This document shows, one piece after another, positions 17,077 through 27,348 of a stretch of DNA of 64,000 nucleotides (the stretch's first letter is position 1; each line of letters begins with the position of its first letter). The DNA comes from an uncultured Christensenellaceae bacterium (GTDB lineage: Bacteria; Bacillota; Clostridia; Christensenellales; UBA3700). The stretch covers positions 128,368 through 192,367 of the forward strand of contig CALWHJ010000002.1 in the NCBI GenBank assembly GCA_944380355.1. Reading direction: 5' to 3'. The notes beneath the pieces were generated by a model. That model worked only from the letters and a program-made list of their open reading frames with translations, ran no database searches and was not told the origin of the DNA. The translations under genes were made by a program, and so were the position numbers.

Positions 17077-19224
17077 ATGAAGAGAGTTTTCAATTATAGG
17101 GTAATACCCTTGATTTTGCTGGGTATTATCGTAGGCATATGTGCGGTAACGTATCTTGACGGTTCGCTTATTATTGCGTGCGTAGCGGGTGCGGTAATAC
17201 TTTTGGTGTGCGCGATATGCGTCAAGCAGATGATGAGAGCGAGAGGCAAGCTTATCGCAATGCTTCTTGCTTTTTGTTTTGCTATGGGTATAACTTCTTT
17301 GAGTTTCGATTGGGCGGAGCGTAACGAGATTTATATGAACAACGCGCTGATAACCGCACGCATAGACGTATTGAGCAAAAGCAGTCCCGACGGGGAGATA
17401 GAAGCAGACGGCGGGCAAGTAGAGATATACATAGAAGAAATAGAGATAGACGGGATAAAATACCAAGGCAAGGCGGTAGCAGTATTCAACGACGGCAGCG
17501 AGGTGGCAGGATTCAGGATAGGAGACGTAATCAAATTCAGAGGTGACGTAACGCCTTTGATATTCGATACCGAGGACAGTTATTCCGTGGCAGATTACAC
17601 AGACGGGATATATTATCACGTTTACGTACAAGCTTTTGCTGACGAAGAAGACAGACCGCAGGTGCTTTATAACGACGCTACCTTAGCCGATAAAATAAAG
17701 TTGAGAATAAAATCCGCGCTGTATTCGAATACAAAAGAAAGTACGGCAGGTTTTCTTTACGCAATGACTTTCGGAGACAAATCGGGACTTACGAGCGAGA
17801 TAAAGGACGCATTTTCTTACACGGGCACGGCGCACGTATTTGCGGTGTCGGGCTTGCACGTAGGTATAATTGCGGGAGCGGTTATAGCGGTTTTAAAAAG
17901 GCTCAGGATTCGCAACAGCATAGCCGGATTTTGTACGGTTGCCGTGATATTGATGCCCTTTTGCGCGTTGTGCGAATTCTCTCCCTCTACGGTGCGTGCG
18001 ACGTTAATGGTTTTGGTTGCGCTCGCGGCAAAGATATTTATGAGAAGAAGCGACGCTATGACTAATTTGGCGGCGGCGGGTTGTATATTGCTTATCGTCA
18101 ATCCTTTTTATCTTTTCGATTTGGGCTTTCTGATGAGCTTTTCGGCAGTATTCGGATTGATTACTCTCGCCCGCCCCGTTCAAAAGGGGCTTATGAAAAT
18201 CAAGATTCCCTCGGCACTTGCCGGCGCATTGGCGGCAAGCATATCTGCAAACATCGCATTGATGCCGATTATGCTCGTTTATTTCGGCGGTCAGTCGCTT
18301 ATTTTCATAATCGCGAATTTATTGATAATTCCTTTGATAGGATTGCTTTTCCCCTTTTATTTGGCGATTGTTTTTATTGCGGCGTTTGCGAGTTTTTCGG
18401 GAGTGCTGCTTACATTGGTCGGCGCGCCTTTTACGCTGATGATATATGTTATAGAGAAGTTGAGCGAAGTTAATTTTCTTATGGTTAACTTCAATCTCAA
18501 CAGGGCGTTTATAGTGCTAAATTTTATATTCATACTTGCCCTTTCGAAATTCATAATTATCCCCGACAAAGCAAAGAAAATAACTGCCGGCATAACGGGT
18601 GCGGTGTTTTGTACGGGGTTGTTGTTCAATTTGAATATTCAATTCGAAAATCAGACTACGCTTCACTTCTTCACCGACGCGTCGGGCTGTCAGATGATGT
18701 TGCTTGACGATTACTCGCGCGGAAGCTACCTCATAGTCAACGGCGAGCCCGATTATACGTCGGGGCAAAAGCTGAGAGACGTTATGCGCGAAAAGCACGT
18801 CAATAGCATTGACGGCGTTTTCGTTGTGGGTAGTTGCGACGAAGACGATATAAGCGATTTGATGTTTTACTCAAACTGTTCGCGGCTGTATTCTTTTTCG
18901 GATAAGGATTATTTGTATTCGGGTTACGACGTCGGCACGATAGTTACGGGAGAGGACTTTATGATAGGATATTATTCTTACGGTCTTTTGGATATAATCG
19001 TAGACGGTACTAACATTAAAGTTCTTGCCGACGGATACTCTTTGAACAAGGCGCACGATATATACGACATAATCGTGTGTTACGAAAGCGTGGGCGTGCT
19101 CGACGAGGGAAGGTACGCGATTTGCGAGGCGGGCTATGTAAATTCGCTGAAAAATTATATGCCGTCTGCGTTTACAATCGTAATAAAAGATGATAAAATA
19201 AATACAAACGCTTTTCGGAGTTAG
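17077..19224 (+). CDS. comEC: ComEC/Rec2-family DNA internalisation channel protein
   Basis: There is an N-terminal OB/DUF4131-like region. The competence-domain signature YTGTAHVFAVSGLHVGI is present, with many TM helices. The conserved comEC-holA synteny is kept. Confidence 0.85.
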   Translation: MKRVFNYRVIPLILLGIIVGICAVTYLDGSLIIACVAGAVILLVCAICVKQMMRARGKLIAMLLAFCFAMGITSLSFDWAERNEIYMNNALITARIDVLSKSSPDGEIEADGGQVEIYIEEIEIDGIKYQGKAVAVFNDGSEVAGFRIGDVIKFRGDVTPLIFDTEDSYSVADYTDGIYYHVYVQAFADEEDRPQVLYNDATLADKIKLRIKSALYSNTKESTAGFLYAMTFGDKSGLTSEIKDAFSYTGTAHVFAVSGLHVGIIAGAVIAVLKRLRIRNSIAGFCTVAVILMPFCALCEFSPSTVRATLMVLVALAAKIFMRRSDAMTNLAAAGCILLIVNPFYLFDLGFLMSFSAVFGLITLARPVQKGLMKIKIPSALAGALAASISANIALMPIMLVYFGGQSLIFIIANLLIIPLIGLLFPFYLAIVFIAAFASFSGVLLTLVGAPFTLMIYVIEKLSEVNFLMVNFNLNRAFIVLNFIFILALSKFIIIPDKAKKITAGITGAVFCTGLLFNLNIQFENQTTLHFFTDASGCQMMLLDDYSRGSYLIVNGEPDYTSGQKLRDVMREKHVNSIDGVFVVGSCDEDDISDLMFYSNCSRLYSFSDKDYLYSGYDVGTIVTGEDFMIGYYSYGLLDIIVDGTNIKVLADGYSLNKAHDIYDIIVCYESVGVLDEGRYAICEAGYVNSLKNYMPSAFTIVIKDDKINTNAFRS

Positions 19225-19225
19225 T

Positions 19226-20221
19226 ATGCAGGCACTTCAGCTAAAACGTTCGTTCAAGGAAAACATAGCAGACGTATATTCGCTCATCGGCAACGACGAC
19301 GGGCTTATAACGTATGCGCTTTCCAAGTTTTACGAGCTTGTACCCGAGGAGGAGAGAGATTTTTCTCTCGAGACTTTCGAGGGAAACGAGGCGTCTGTCG
19401 ACGATATAATCAATGCGCTTGCATACGGAAGTATGTTCGGAGGCAGAAGGTTTGTTACGGTACGCGATATGACGGCAAAGCTGTCGGTTGACGATTGCGA
19501 AAAACTGCTCGATTACGCAAGAGAGGACGATAAGCAAAACGTACTTATACTCGTCAACAGTCCTTCGATAGCAAAAGTACTCGAATCTTATAGCGTAATA
19601 GTGGATTGCAATACTATGGACCTGCCGTCCTGCGTAAGCTATATACAGACGCTTCTCAAATTCTACAAAGTGGAATTCGACAATACCGCGGCTTCCGCGA
19701 TAGCAAATGCCTGCAACAGGGATTTTGCGAGGATGAATTCGGAAGTCGACAAAATAATACTTTACTGCGGTCAGGAGATAAAGGCAGACAGACATACCGT
19801 CGAAGAGATAGTGCCATCCGATGCAGAAACAAAGGTATACGAATTTATCTCTGCTTTGCAGGAGAGAGATTACGACAGAGCGATGGACATAATAGGCGTT
19901 ATGCGCGCAAAGGGCGAAAAACCTGCGGGCTTGCTTGCGCTTATTACGTCGAGTTACAAAAACATATTTGCTCTGATGACCAACGGAAAAGACGACGAAT
20001 TGTATCTCAAAACGCTCAATTTAAAGAGCGGTGCGGTGTATTCCATAAGAAAGAGAATAGAGGAATCCAAACGTAAAGTGCCGGGGTATCTCTACAAAAT
20101 AAAAAATGCTTTATACTATCTTTATGCCTTGGAGTACGAATTCAAGAGCGGCAAAATCTCACCCGATAACGCACTCGACAGCGCGATAGTATATTTAATG
20201 GGAAAGACAAATGCAGTATAA
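19226..20221 (+). CDS. holA: DNA polymerase III subunit delta
   Basis: It is 331 aa long and lies immediately downstream of comEC, the conserved Bacillota arrangement. The N-terminal pattern (...GNDDGLI...) and helical C-terminal domain resemble the delta subunit. Confidence 0.7.
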   Translation: MQALQLKRSFKENIADVYSLIGNDDGLITYALSKFYELVPEEERDFSLETFEGNEASVDDIINALAYGSMFGGRRFVTVRDMTAKLSVDDCEKLLDYAREDDKQNVLILVNSPSIAKVLESYSVIVDCNTMDLPSCVSYIQTLLKFYKVEFDNTAASAIANACNRDFARMNSEVDKIILYCGQEIKADRHTVEEIVPSDAETKVYEFISALQERDYDRAMDIIGVMRAKGEKPAGLLALITSSYKNIFALMTNGKDDELYLKTLNLKSGAVYSIRKRIEESKRKVPGYLYKIKNALYYLYALEYEFKSGKISPDNALDSAIVYLMGKTNAV

Positions 20222-20846
20222 TCAGAATCCTAACGTATATTATATCCGTCCGAAGACGCCTAAGCTCAAAAACGACGCCGTGACGGTAATACTCAAAATC
20301 TTGCTTTTGGGAGGAATATTTTTCTCTGTAATTTTCACGGATATATTCTCTTTCAATTCACTGTTTCTTTACAAGATAAGTTCGGGTACGTCAGACTATT
20401 TTTCTTCTCTTACGGGCGGAGCAAACATGCTTGACGCGCTCAGCGTACTCGACGACGGAATGCTTCTGACGAGTTATAAAGTAATCGTGCCGATAGTGAT
20501 GACTTTGCTTTATTTCGGATTGTATATTCTGTACGTCAAGCTGTTTGCTTATCTTATGTTCAATCAGTTTATGGTATTGGGCGCAGAGTTCAATATAAGA
20601 AAATTCAGAATTTGTTTGGATTGCAGTTTTATATTCCTGACTTTGGCGATAGGTTTCGGAGATTTGGCGTTTACTTTCTACCCTACTGCATATACGGTGG
20701 GCAAAATACTCGTCAATCTTTTTGCCGCGGTAGCCGCGCTAGCGATATTCTTCTTCAGCTATACGCGAAAGATGGAAAAAAAGTACTATCCTATCGTACT
20801 TCATATTATGATGATACCGGCAATAACCTTGCTGTTGTTTGTGTGA
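20211..20846 (+). CDS. Hypothetical integral membrane protein
   Basis: A 211-aa ORF with about five hydrophobic helices. It overlaps the holA stop by 11 nt, which suggests translational coupling. Confidence 0.5.
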   Translation: MQYNQNPNVYYIRPKTPKLKNDAVTVILKILLLGGIFFSVIFTDIFSFNSLFLYKISSGTSDYFSSLTGGANMLDALSVLDDGMLLTSYKVIVPIVMTLLYFGLYILYVKLFAYLMFNQFMVLGAEFNIRKFRICLDCSFIFLTLAIGFGDLAFTFYPTAYTVGKILVNLFAAVAALAIFFFSYTRKMEKKYYPIVLHIMMIPAITLLLFV

Positions 20847-20853
20847 GGTGCGT

Positions 20854-22257
20854 ATGACGGTCAACGGAATTAAGAAGAGAACAATTGTTGCAATAATAGC
20901 CGTGCTGATGACGGTGTCGGTTATTACGCTTTCGTTGTCAGGCTGTCAGACGCCCGACAGACAGTTCGAGATAAATGCCGCAGAAGGAGATTACGGCGGC
21001 AGAGTTTACGAATATATGCAGACGCTCGCCAACGATTATCCCGCCAGAACGATGGCGACGGAAGGAGAGCGCAAAGCCGCGGAATACATCTCGTCCGTAA
21101 TGAGCGGACTAGGCTATACCAGCGAGTACGAATACGAGGGAATCAAAGGACTTGACGGCTTCAAGCCGGGCTTTACGCGCTATGACGGCTCGAGCGTGAG
21201 CGACGCATACGCATACAACGTAATATTCGAGAAAAAGGCTTCTTCGGAGAGTTCTTTAGGAGAGATACTTCTGATGTGCCAGTACGACAATCTCTATTCG
21301 GAGACTGACGGCGAAAAAGAATGGCAGGCAGACGGCAGCTACGAGAGCGGCGGCGCAGTGGCGGTTATGCTTACGCTTGCCGAAACTCTCAAAGACAAAG
21401 CTTCTGATTACGATTTGACTTTTGCATTTTTCACGGGCGGCAGCTATACGTGGATGGGAGCAAAACAGTATACCGACAATCTCAAACGCGCCGACCTCGA
21501 CAAGCTGCGTCTTGCAATCAACTTTTCTATGTTGTTTGGCGGAAGCAATCTCTATCTCTATACTTCCGAGAAAGAGATGAGTTACGGCAATTTTATGACT
21601 CAGGCGGGCAGCGGACTTACTAAAGTACCCAAGGATAAGAACATATCCTTCAACGTACTGACAAACGACGCTATACTCAATTACGTACACGCAGGTATGC
21701 TGGGCAATCACTATTACCTGATGAACAAGCAGATACCCGTAGCCGACTTCCTTTCTCTCGACTGGTCGTGCAAGGACAATCCTATGATGACGGAGATGAA
21801 GGGAAAGACCAACGTATATCACAGCAAAGACGATACCTTTGCAACACTTAAGGAGCGCAAGGGCGAACAAGGAATAAAGGACGAGGCAAACGGCGTTATG
21901 CTCACTTGTCTTACGGTGCTTGACCCGAGCAATTCAGAAGTGCTCAGCAGCGCGCTTGCAAAAGCGGGCGACGAGGGACTGAATCTCACGGCACAGAGCG
22001 CGAGGACTAATTCGCTTCTCAATATCATACTCAAAATAGTGCTTATAGCTGCTATATTTGCCGTATCGGGTACGGTAAAGAGATACGTGCAGAAGCACAA
22101 GGACAAATATATTCCCCAAACGGAGGACGAGCCTGCAAACGAAACGCCCGAGCCTTTCAGCGACGCATTCGACGACTTTTCCAAGAGTAAAAGCGCAAAG
22201 CCTGACGATACGGGAATAAAGCAGGACGACGACTTCAAGGACGACCCCTTTGTCTGA
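20854..22257 (+). CDS. M28-peptidase-like lipoprotein with a C-terminal TM helix and acidic tail
   Basis: The signal plus lipobox is ITLSLSGC. GERKAAEYISSVMSGLGY is a typical M28 N-terminal helix. The start is uncertain: the ORF could begin at TTG 20839 or ATG 20854. Metal-ligand motifs were not clearly recognised. Confidence 0.5.
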   Translation: MTVNGIKKRTIVAIIAVLMTVSVITLSLSGCQTPDRQFEINAAEGDYGGRVYEYMQTLANDYPARTMATEGERKAAEYISSVMSGLGYTSEYEYEGIKGLDGFKPGFTRYDGSSVSDAYAYNVIFEKKASSESSLGEILLMCQYDNLYSETDGEKEWQADGSYESGGAVAVMLTLAETLKDKASDYDLTFAFFTGGSYTWMGAKQYTDNLKRADLDKLRLAINFSMLFGGSNLYLYTSEKEMSYGNFMTQAGSGLTKVPKDKNISFNVLTNDAILNYVHAGMLGNHYYLMNKQIPVADFLSLDWSCKDNPMMTEMKGKTNVYHSKDDTFATLKERKGEQGIKDEANGVMLTCLTVLDPSNSEVLSSALAKAGDEGLNLTAQSARTNSLLNIILKIVLIAAIFAVSGTVKRYVQKHKDKYIPQTEDEPANETPEPFSDAFDDFSKSKSAKPDDTGIKQDDDFKDDPFV

Positions 22258-22385
22258 AAAGACCTTAGATAAGGCGTAAGGCGCATTTAAAAAACGGATA
22301 CTTGTTCAAAAGTATCCCAAAAACACTTTATTTTTGTCGCAAAATATAATATTATGAATATAGAAATTAAAGCGAAGGAGAAGGT

Positions 22386-23210
22386 ATGGACTCGATAGCT
22401 TGGTTAATCGTGGATATAGTCATTGCGCTCGCAGTAGCCATTGCGATGCTTACGTTTTTCGCGCGCCGCAACAGTTACCGCATTGCCGTATTTACCGCGA
22501 TATACACAATTTTCTATATTGCCATACTCATTCTCAATCAAAAGTCGGGCGGTAAGATTGCTTTCGTTGCGCTCGAGCTTTTGAGATTCGTAACAATATT
22601 CTGGATAGTTACCGTAGTGACCGTATACCGCAACGACCTCAAAATTTTTATGAGCAAGATTGCGAGAAAACAAAGCGTGAAATTCGGCGCGTACAATTCT
22701 TACAATACTACGGACGAGCAGTTGCTCATAGCCGCTACCGAGATAGTAAAAGCCTGTCAGAATATGGCAAAGAACGACGTGGGCGCGCTCATAATAATCG
22801 CACCTACCGAGATACCTCCGCATATATTGGACACGGGTACTACGATGGACGCGACCATATCGAGCGGACTTTTGGAGAGTATATTCAGCACAAAAGGACC
22901 TTTGCACGACGGCGCGGTAGTAGTGCTGGGCGACAGAATAATTTCGGCAGGCTGTTTCTTGCCTTTGTCGCAGGAGATTACGCTTGCTAAGGATTTGGGT
23001 ACAAGACACAGGGCTGCGATAGGCATTACAGAGGAAAGCGACGTATTTGCTATTGTAGTCAGTGAGGAGACGGGTATAATAAGCGTTGTTCAGTCGGGCA
23101 CGATAAAGAGATATATGACGCCCGAGAAACTGCTGGAAGAGATTAAGGTAATTTACCGCATTAGCTCTCAACCTGCCAGAAAAAAGAAAAAGAAGAAAAA
23201 ACTCATCTGA
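22386..23210 (+). CDS. cdaA: Diadenylate cyclase CdaA (membrane-anchored DAC domain)
   Basis: There are three N-terminal TM helices. DAC motifs are DGAVVV, GTRHRAAIGITEESDVFAIVVSEETGIISV. The protein ends in a poly-Lys tail. Confidence 0.88.
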   Translation: MDSIAWLIVDIVIALAVAIAMLTFFARRNSYRIAVFTAIYTIFYIAILILNQKSGGKIAFVALELLRFVTIFWIVTVVTVYRNDLKIFMSKIARKQSVKFGAYNSYNTTDEQLLIAATEIVKACQNMAKNDVGALIIIAPTEIPPHILDTGTTMDATISSGLLESIFSTKGPLHDGAVVVLGDRIISAGCFLPLSQEITLAKDLGTRHRAAIGITEESDVFAIVVSEETGIISVVQSGTIKRYMTPEKLLEEIKVIYRISSQPARKKKKKKKLI

Positions 23211-23291
23211 TGCAAACCGACAAGAAATGTCAAACGCAAAAGTTTGGCATTTTTTATAGCGCGGGCAGATATAAGGACGAATGAAGATAAT

Positions 23292-24533
23292 ATGACCACA
23301 GTTAAAATTCCCAAAATACTTTTGCCTAAAAAGGATATCGACAAGAGCAAATGGAGCGTAATCGCTTGCGACCAGTTTACCTCGCAGGCAGACTACTGGG
23401 AGGCGGTAGAGGAATACGTAGGCGCAAGTCAGTCTACGCTGAGACTTATTTATCCCGAAGTCTATCTCGAGAGAGATGACAAGCAAGCGCGTATAGAAGC
23501 AATCAACGCAAATATGTCGAAGTATCTCAAGAAGGGATTGTTTGACGAGTTTGAAGGATTTATACTCGTTGACAGAACTATGAACGACGGAAGACACAGA
23601 CTGGGACTTATGATATCCGTTGACCTTGAGGATTACGAGTATACCGAGAAAAACGACGCACTCATCAAGGCTACCGAAAAGACCGTAGTGGACAGACTTC
23701 CTCCGAGAATAGAGATACGCAAAGGCGCGTGTCTGGAGCTTCCTCACATAATGATGCTTATGGACGACAGAAGTCAGAAGATAATAGAAAAGCTCTACGA
23801 AAGCAGGGATTTTTTGGAGAAGGCTTACGACTTCGAGCTGAATATGAACGGAGGACGCGTACAGGGATATAAGGTTACCAACTGCGCTCAGATACTCGAG
23901 GAGATTGAAGGGCTTCTTAAAGAAGACGTGCTTGTGGAAAAGTACGGCTCGGCAAAGCCAATACTCTTTGCGGTAGGCGACGGAAACCACTCTCTCGCGA
24001 CGGCAAAGGAGTGTTGGAAAAATATCAAGAAGACGCTCACGCCTGCTCAGCGTCAGAAACATCCCGCGAGATACGCTTTATGCGAGCTTGTCAATATACA
24101 CGACAAGTCGCTCGATTTCGAGCCTATACACAGAGTTGTGTTCGGTGTCGACAAGGACTTTATAAACTTTATGCACGACAGGCTTTTGGAACTTGACGGA
24201 AAAGAACAGGTCAAGGTAGTATTCGAAGATACGATATATTACTGGAGTGTTTGCGACAATCCCAGCGACGCGATAGCCGATATCCAGTCATTGATGGACG
24301 AATATGCGCTTACGCACCCTGAGATGGTAATTGATTACATACACGGCGACGAGCACTTGCTCAAGGTAGGCGCGGACGGACACGGAGTTGCGGTGTTTAT
24401 GCCCAAGCTTCAAAAAGACGCACTGTTCGACTATGTAGTCAGACGCGGAGCGTTGCCCAGAAAATCTTTTTCGATGGGACACGCCGAGGATAAGAGATAC
24501 TATCTCGAATGCCGCAAAATTGTCAGTGATTGA
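23292..24533 (+). CDS. DUF1015 family protein
   Basis: The size of ~414 aa and the N-terminal segment WSVIACDQFTSQADYW match my recollection of DUF1015. I chose the ATG at 23292 over the upstream in-frame ATG at 23244. Confidence 0.5.
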   Translation: MTTVKIPKILLPKKDIDKSKWSVIACDQFTSQADYWEAVEEYVGASQSTLRLIYPEVYLERDDKQARIEAINANMSKYLKKGLFDEFEGFILVDRTMNDGRHRLGLMISVDLEDYEYTEKNDALIKATEKTVVDRLPPRIEIRKGACLELPHIMMLMDDRSQKIIEKLYESRDFLEKAYDFELNMNGGRVQGYKVTNCAQILEEIEGLLKEDVLVEKYGSAKPILFAVGDGNHSLATAKECWKNIKKTLTPAQRQKHPARYALCELVNIHDKSLDFEPIHRVVFGVDKDFINFMHDRLLELDGKEQVKVVFEDTIYYWSVCDNPSDAIADIQSLMDEYALTHPEMVIDYIHGDEHLLKVGADGHGVAVFMPKLQKDALFDYVVRRGALPRKSFSMGHAEDKRYYLECRKIVSD

Positions 24534-24546
24534 TAAAAACCTGCCC

Positions 24547-24585
24547 AAAACCGTCTTTATGAGCATATAAAGGCGGTTTGTTTGT
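24547..24585 (+). terminator. Rho-independent terminator
   Basis: aaaccgtcttta pairs with taaaggcggttt (one G-U pair) and is followed by gtttgt. Confidence 0.6.
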
Positions 24586-24616
24586 AACAAAATGTAATTT
24601 TGTCAATTCAATTCGC

Positions 24617-24645
24617 TTGCCAAAAAACAAGCGGCATTGTAAAAT
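24617..24645 (+). promoter_or_regulatory. Candidate SigA promoter of lysC (TTGCCA-17-TAAAAT)
   Basis: TTGCCA at 24617-24622, a 17-nt spacer, TAAAAT at 24640-24645. The leader is too short for an L-box. Confidence 0.5.
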
Positions 24646-24678
24646 ATTGAGTATAAGAAAAATAAAAGGAATAACGTT

Positions 24679-25998
24679 ATGTCAGTTACAGTAGTAAAAT
24701 TCGGCGGAACTTCTATGGCGGATGCAAAGTCCATCAATCAGGTTGCCGATATCGTAAAACAAGACAAAAAGCGCAGATACGTAGTCGTATCCGCTCCCGG
24801 AAAACGCTTTTCGCAGGACCACAAGATAACGGATATGCTCTATGCTTGCTACCACGATTTGCAGATAAACGGAGAGTGCAAGGCTACGTTCGACAAGATT
24901 AGAGAAAGATTTAAGGGTATCGTCAGCGACCTCGAATTGGATATAGATATCGACGCATATCTCAATCACGTTGAGAGCGATATGCTCAAGTACAATTCGG
25001 CAGAATTCTGTGCTTCGAGAGGAGAATATCTTTCTGCAATAATCACGGCGGCTAAACTCGGCTACAAGTTTATAGACGCAAAAGACATAATGGTCTTCAA
25101 CGAAAACGGAGATTTCGAGCCTGAGATAACCAACGAAAAGGTAAAACAGGTGCTTTCGAAAGTAGAAAGAGCCGTAATTCCCGGTTTCTACGGCGGTGAC
25201 GAGAGCGGTCTTGTACATACTTTCAGCAGAGGCGGCAGCGACGTTTCGGGCGCGGTAATCGCTCGTGCGGTAGGCGCGACTATGTATGAAAACTGGACGG
25301 ACGTCAACGGCTTTATGACGGCTGACCCCCGTATCGTAAGCAATCCTAAGCCTATCGAAAAGCTTTCTTACAAAGAGCTTCGCGAGCTTGCTTATATGGG
25401 CGCAAACGTACTTCACCCCGAATCCATCTTCCCCGTAAGAGTGGGCAATATACCTATCAATATCCGAAATACTTTCTGTCCCGAGGCAAAGGGTACTATG
25501 ATTGTGCCTGAGCTCGAGGAGAAAGATATGAACAACAGAGTTATCACGGGTATTGCAGGCAAGAAGGGATACAGCATCGTATATATCGAAAAATCTATGA
25601 TGAACAGCGAACTCGGTTTTGTGCGCAAGGTGCTTGCCGTACTCGAATATTACAACATTTCTTTCGAGCATCTTCCTACGGGTATCGACACGATGAGTAT
25701 CGTTATCGCGGACAGCGAACTTGCAGGCAAGGAAGAAGTCGTAATCGAGAGAATAAAGAAAGTAGTCAATCCCGACCATATCGAAATCAAGAGCAATATA
25801 TCTTTGGTAGCTACCGTAGGTCACGGTATGTCTTACAAGCCCGGCACTGCTTCGACGCTTTGCGGCGCGCTTGCTAAAGAGAATATCAATATCCGTATGA
25901 TAGACCAAGGCTCGAGCGAAATGAATATCATCGTAGGTATCTCTACGAGCGATTACGAAAAGGCTATCAACGCTATATACAACGCTTTTCAGAAATAA
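24679..25998 (+). CDS. lysC: Aspartate kinase
   Basis: VVKFGGTSMAD is present at the N-terminus, with VVSAPG, the motif TFSRGGSDVSGA and C-terminal ACT-like repeats. Length 439 aa. Confidence 0.9.
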   Translation: MSVTVVKFGGTSMADAKSINQVADIVKQDKKRRYVVVSAPGKRFSQDHKITDMLYACYHDLQINGECKATFDKIRERFKGIVSDLELDIDIDAYLNHVESDMLKYNSAEFCASRGEYLSAIITAAKLGYKFIDAKDIMVFNENGDFEPEITNEKVKQVLSKVERAVIPGFYGGDESGLVHTFSRGGSDVSGAVIARAVGATMYENWTDVNGFMTADPRIVSNPKPIEKLSYKELRELAYMGANVLHPESIFPVRVGNIPINIRNTFCPEAKGTMIVPELEEKDMNNRVITGIAGKKGYSIVYIEKSMMNSELGFVRKVLAVLEYYNISFEHLPTGIDTMSIVIADSELAGKEEVVIERIKKVVNPDHIEIKSNISLVATVGHGMSYKPGTASTLCGALAKENINIRMIDQGSSEMNIIVGISTSDYEKAINAIYNAFQK

Positions 25999-26025
25999 CC
26001 TTTGACAAGACAGTGACTGAAACAA

Positions 26026-26057
26026 AAGACCCGCTTTGAACAGCGGGTCTTTTTAAT
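26026..26057. terminator. Bidirectional Rho-independent terminator between convergent lysC and the TetR gene
   Basis: agacccgc (26028-26035) pairs with gcgggtct (26044-26051). It is flanked by an A-run and a T-run. Confidence 0.75.
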
Positions 26058-26096
26058 TTGTTTCTATTCGTCTAAAAGTATTAACTATTCTATTAA

Positions 26097-26675
26097 TTAT
26101 TCCTGCGACTGAATGTCGAGAAAGAATTTTGCATTGTTTGCGTATTGAGAATATATAAGTTTTGCCATTTGCGCAGGGGTTTCTCTGCAGTCTTTTTCCA
26201 GCCATCTGGCGCATATAGCTTTTAGTCCCGCGCCGAAAAATCTCATCTGATAGTCCAGCTCGCTCTCGTTATAGAAGAATCTTTTACTTTTTGCCAAGTT
26301 GAGCAGCGGTACTTTGAATTTTGTATACATATCTCTTTCCACAAAACTTTCTACGCCTAATCTTAGATACGCCTTATAAAAAATTTTGTTTTCCTTTATA
26401 AATTCAAACAACTTTTCAAAAGCGTTGAGATTAAAAGTATTGTCTGATGTTTTCAAAATATCTCCTATATCTTTGGACAGCTTTTGTTCGGTGCGGATAA
26501 GCAAGTCGTTTATATCCGTATAATGCGCGTAAAACGAGCTTCTGTTTATTCCCGATTCCATACATATATCCTTGATGGTAACGTTGTCAAAGGATTTGAA
26601 TCTCAATATTTTAAAGAGTGCCAGACGTATCTTATTGTCAGTGCCGGCGTAGCGCACGTTGTTTGCAGTATTCAT
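26097..26675 (-). CDS. TetR/AcrR-family transcriptional regulator
   Basis: The N-terminal HTH is FDNVTIKDICMESGINRSSFYAHYTDINDLL. The 192-aa size fits the family. Confidence 0.85.
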   Translation of the reverse strand: MNTANNVRYAGTDNKIRLALFKILRFKSFDNVTIKDICMESGINRSSFYAHYTDINDLLIRTEQKLSKDIGDILKTSDNTFNLNAFEKLFEFIKENKIFYKAYLRLGVESFVERDMYTKFKVPLLNLAKSKRFFYNESELDYQMRFFGAGLKAICARWLEKDCRETPAQMAKLIYSQYANNAKFFLDIQSQE

Positions 26676-26820
26676 AAAAAACTCCTTTAACGCAACTTTT
26701 TTGCGACGAATGTCGGCTTCGTTTACGGCTTAATTATACTATACTTTGAGTGAGGATACAAGAAGGAAATAAAAAAACACGTGTCCTATTAATAAATTTT
26801 ACAAAAAGGAGAACACAACT

Positions 26821-27348
26821 ATGGAACAGGCAAAAGAACAAATCGTTACTTACGATTACAAAACAATCAAAGTCAGAAGAGATATGGAAAACGTAGCGTC
26901 GGACAGCTACCGCGTACTGGGATGGGAACTGACTTCGTCTAGCGTGGCGGAGGGCGCACCCACTTACGTCAATCTTTCTTTCAGACGCGACCGCAAAATC
27001 GAAAACAAGTCTCAGCTTATCAGATTGCAGGATAAGATAGACGTTGCGCTCAGCAATATCGAGCTTCTCAAAAAGAGCGAAAAGAGTGCGGGCTGGGCAC
27101 AGGCAATAACTACCGGCATACTCGGAACGCTTATTATGGGCGGCGGAATGAGCCTTATAATGTCGATAGGCGGAATTGCGGCAACAATTGCGGGCGTAGT
27201 GCTCGGTATCGCGGGAATAGGCGTCGTCATACTCAGTCATTTTCTGCGCAAGTACCTCAACCGCAGGACAACTCTCAAGCTCAATCCTATAATTGACCTC
27301 GAGTACGACAAGCTTGCCGAAGCTTGCGAGAAGTGTGCCGAAGTCTGA
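26821..27348 (+). CDS. Hypothetical membrane protein (soluble N-terminal domain plus two Gly-rich TM helices)
   Basis: A 175-aa ORF after the RBS aaaggag, divergent from the TetR gene. The hydrophobic segments are ITTGILGTLIMGGGMSLIM and IAATIAGVVLGIAGIGVVIL. Confidence 0.55.
   Translation: MEQAKEQIVTYDYKTIKVRRDMENVASDSYRVLGWELTSSSVAEGAPTYVNLSFRRDRKIENKSQLIRLQDKIDVALSNIELLKKSEKSAGWAQAITTGILGTLIMGGGMSLIMSIGGIAATIAGVVLGIAGIGVVILSHFLRKYLNRRTTLKLNPIIDLEYDKLAEACEKCAEV

Noticed and set aside
24534-24678. A lysine (L-box) riboswitch upstream of lysC.
   Set aside because: Only ~35 nt separate the candidate -10 from the start codon. That is far too short for the ~180-nt L-box, and none of its conserved helices are visible.
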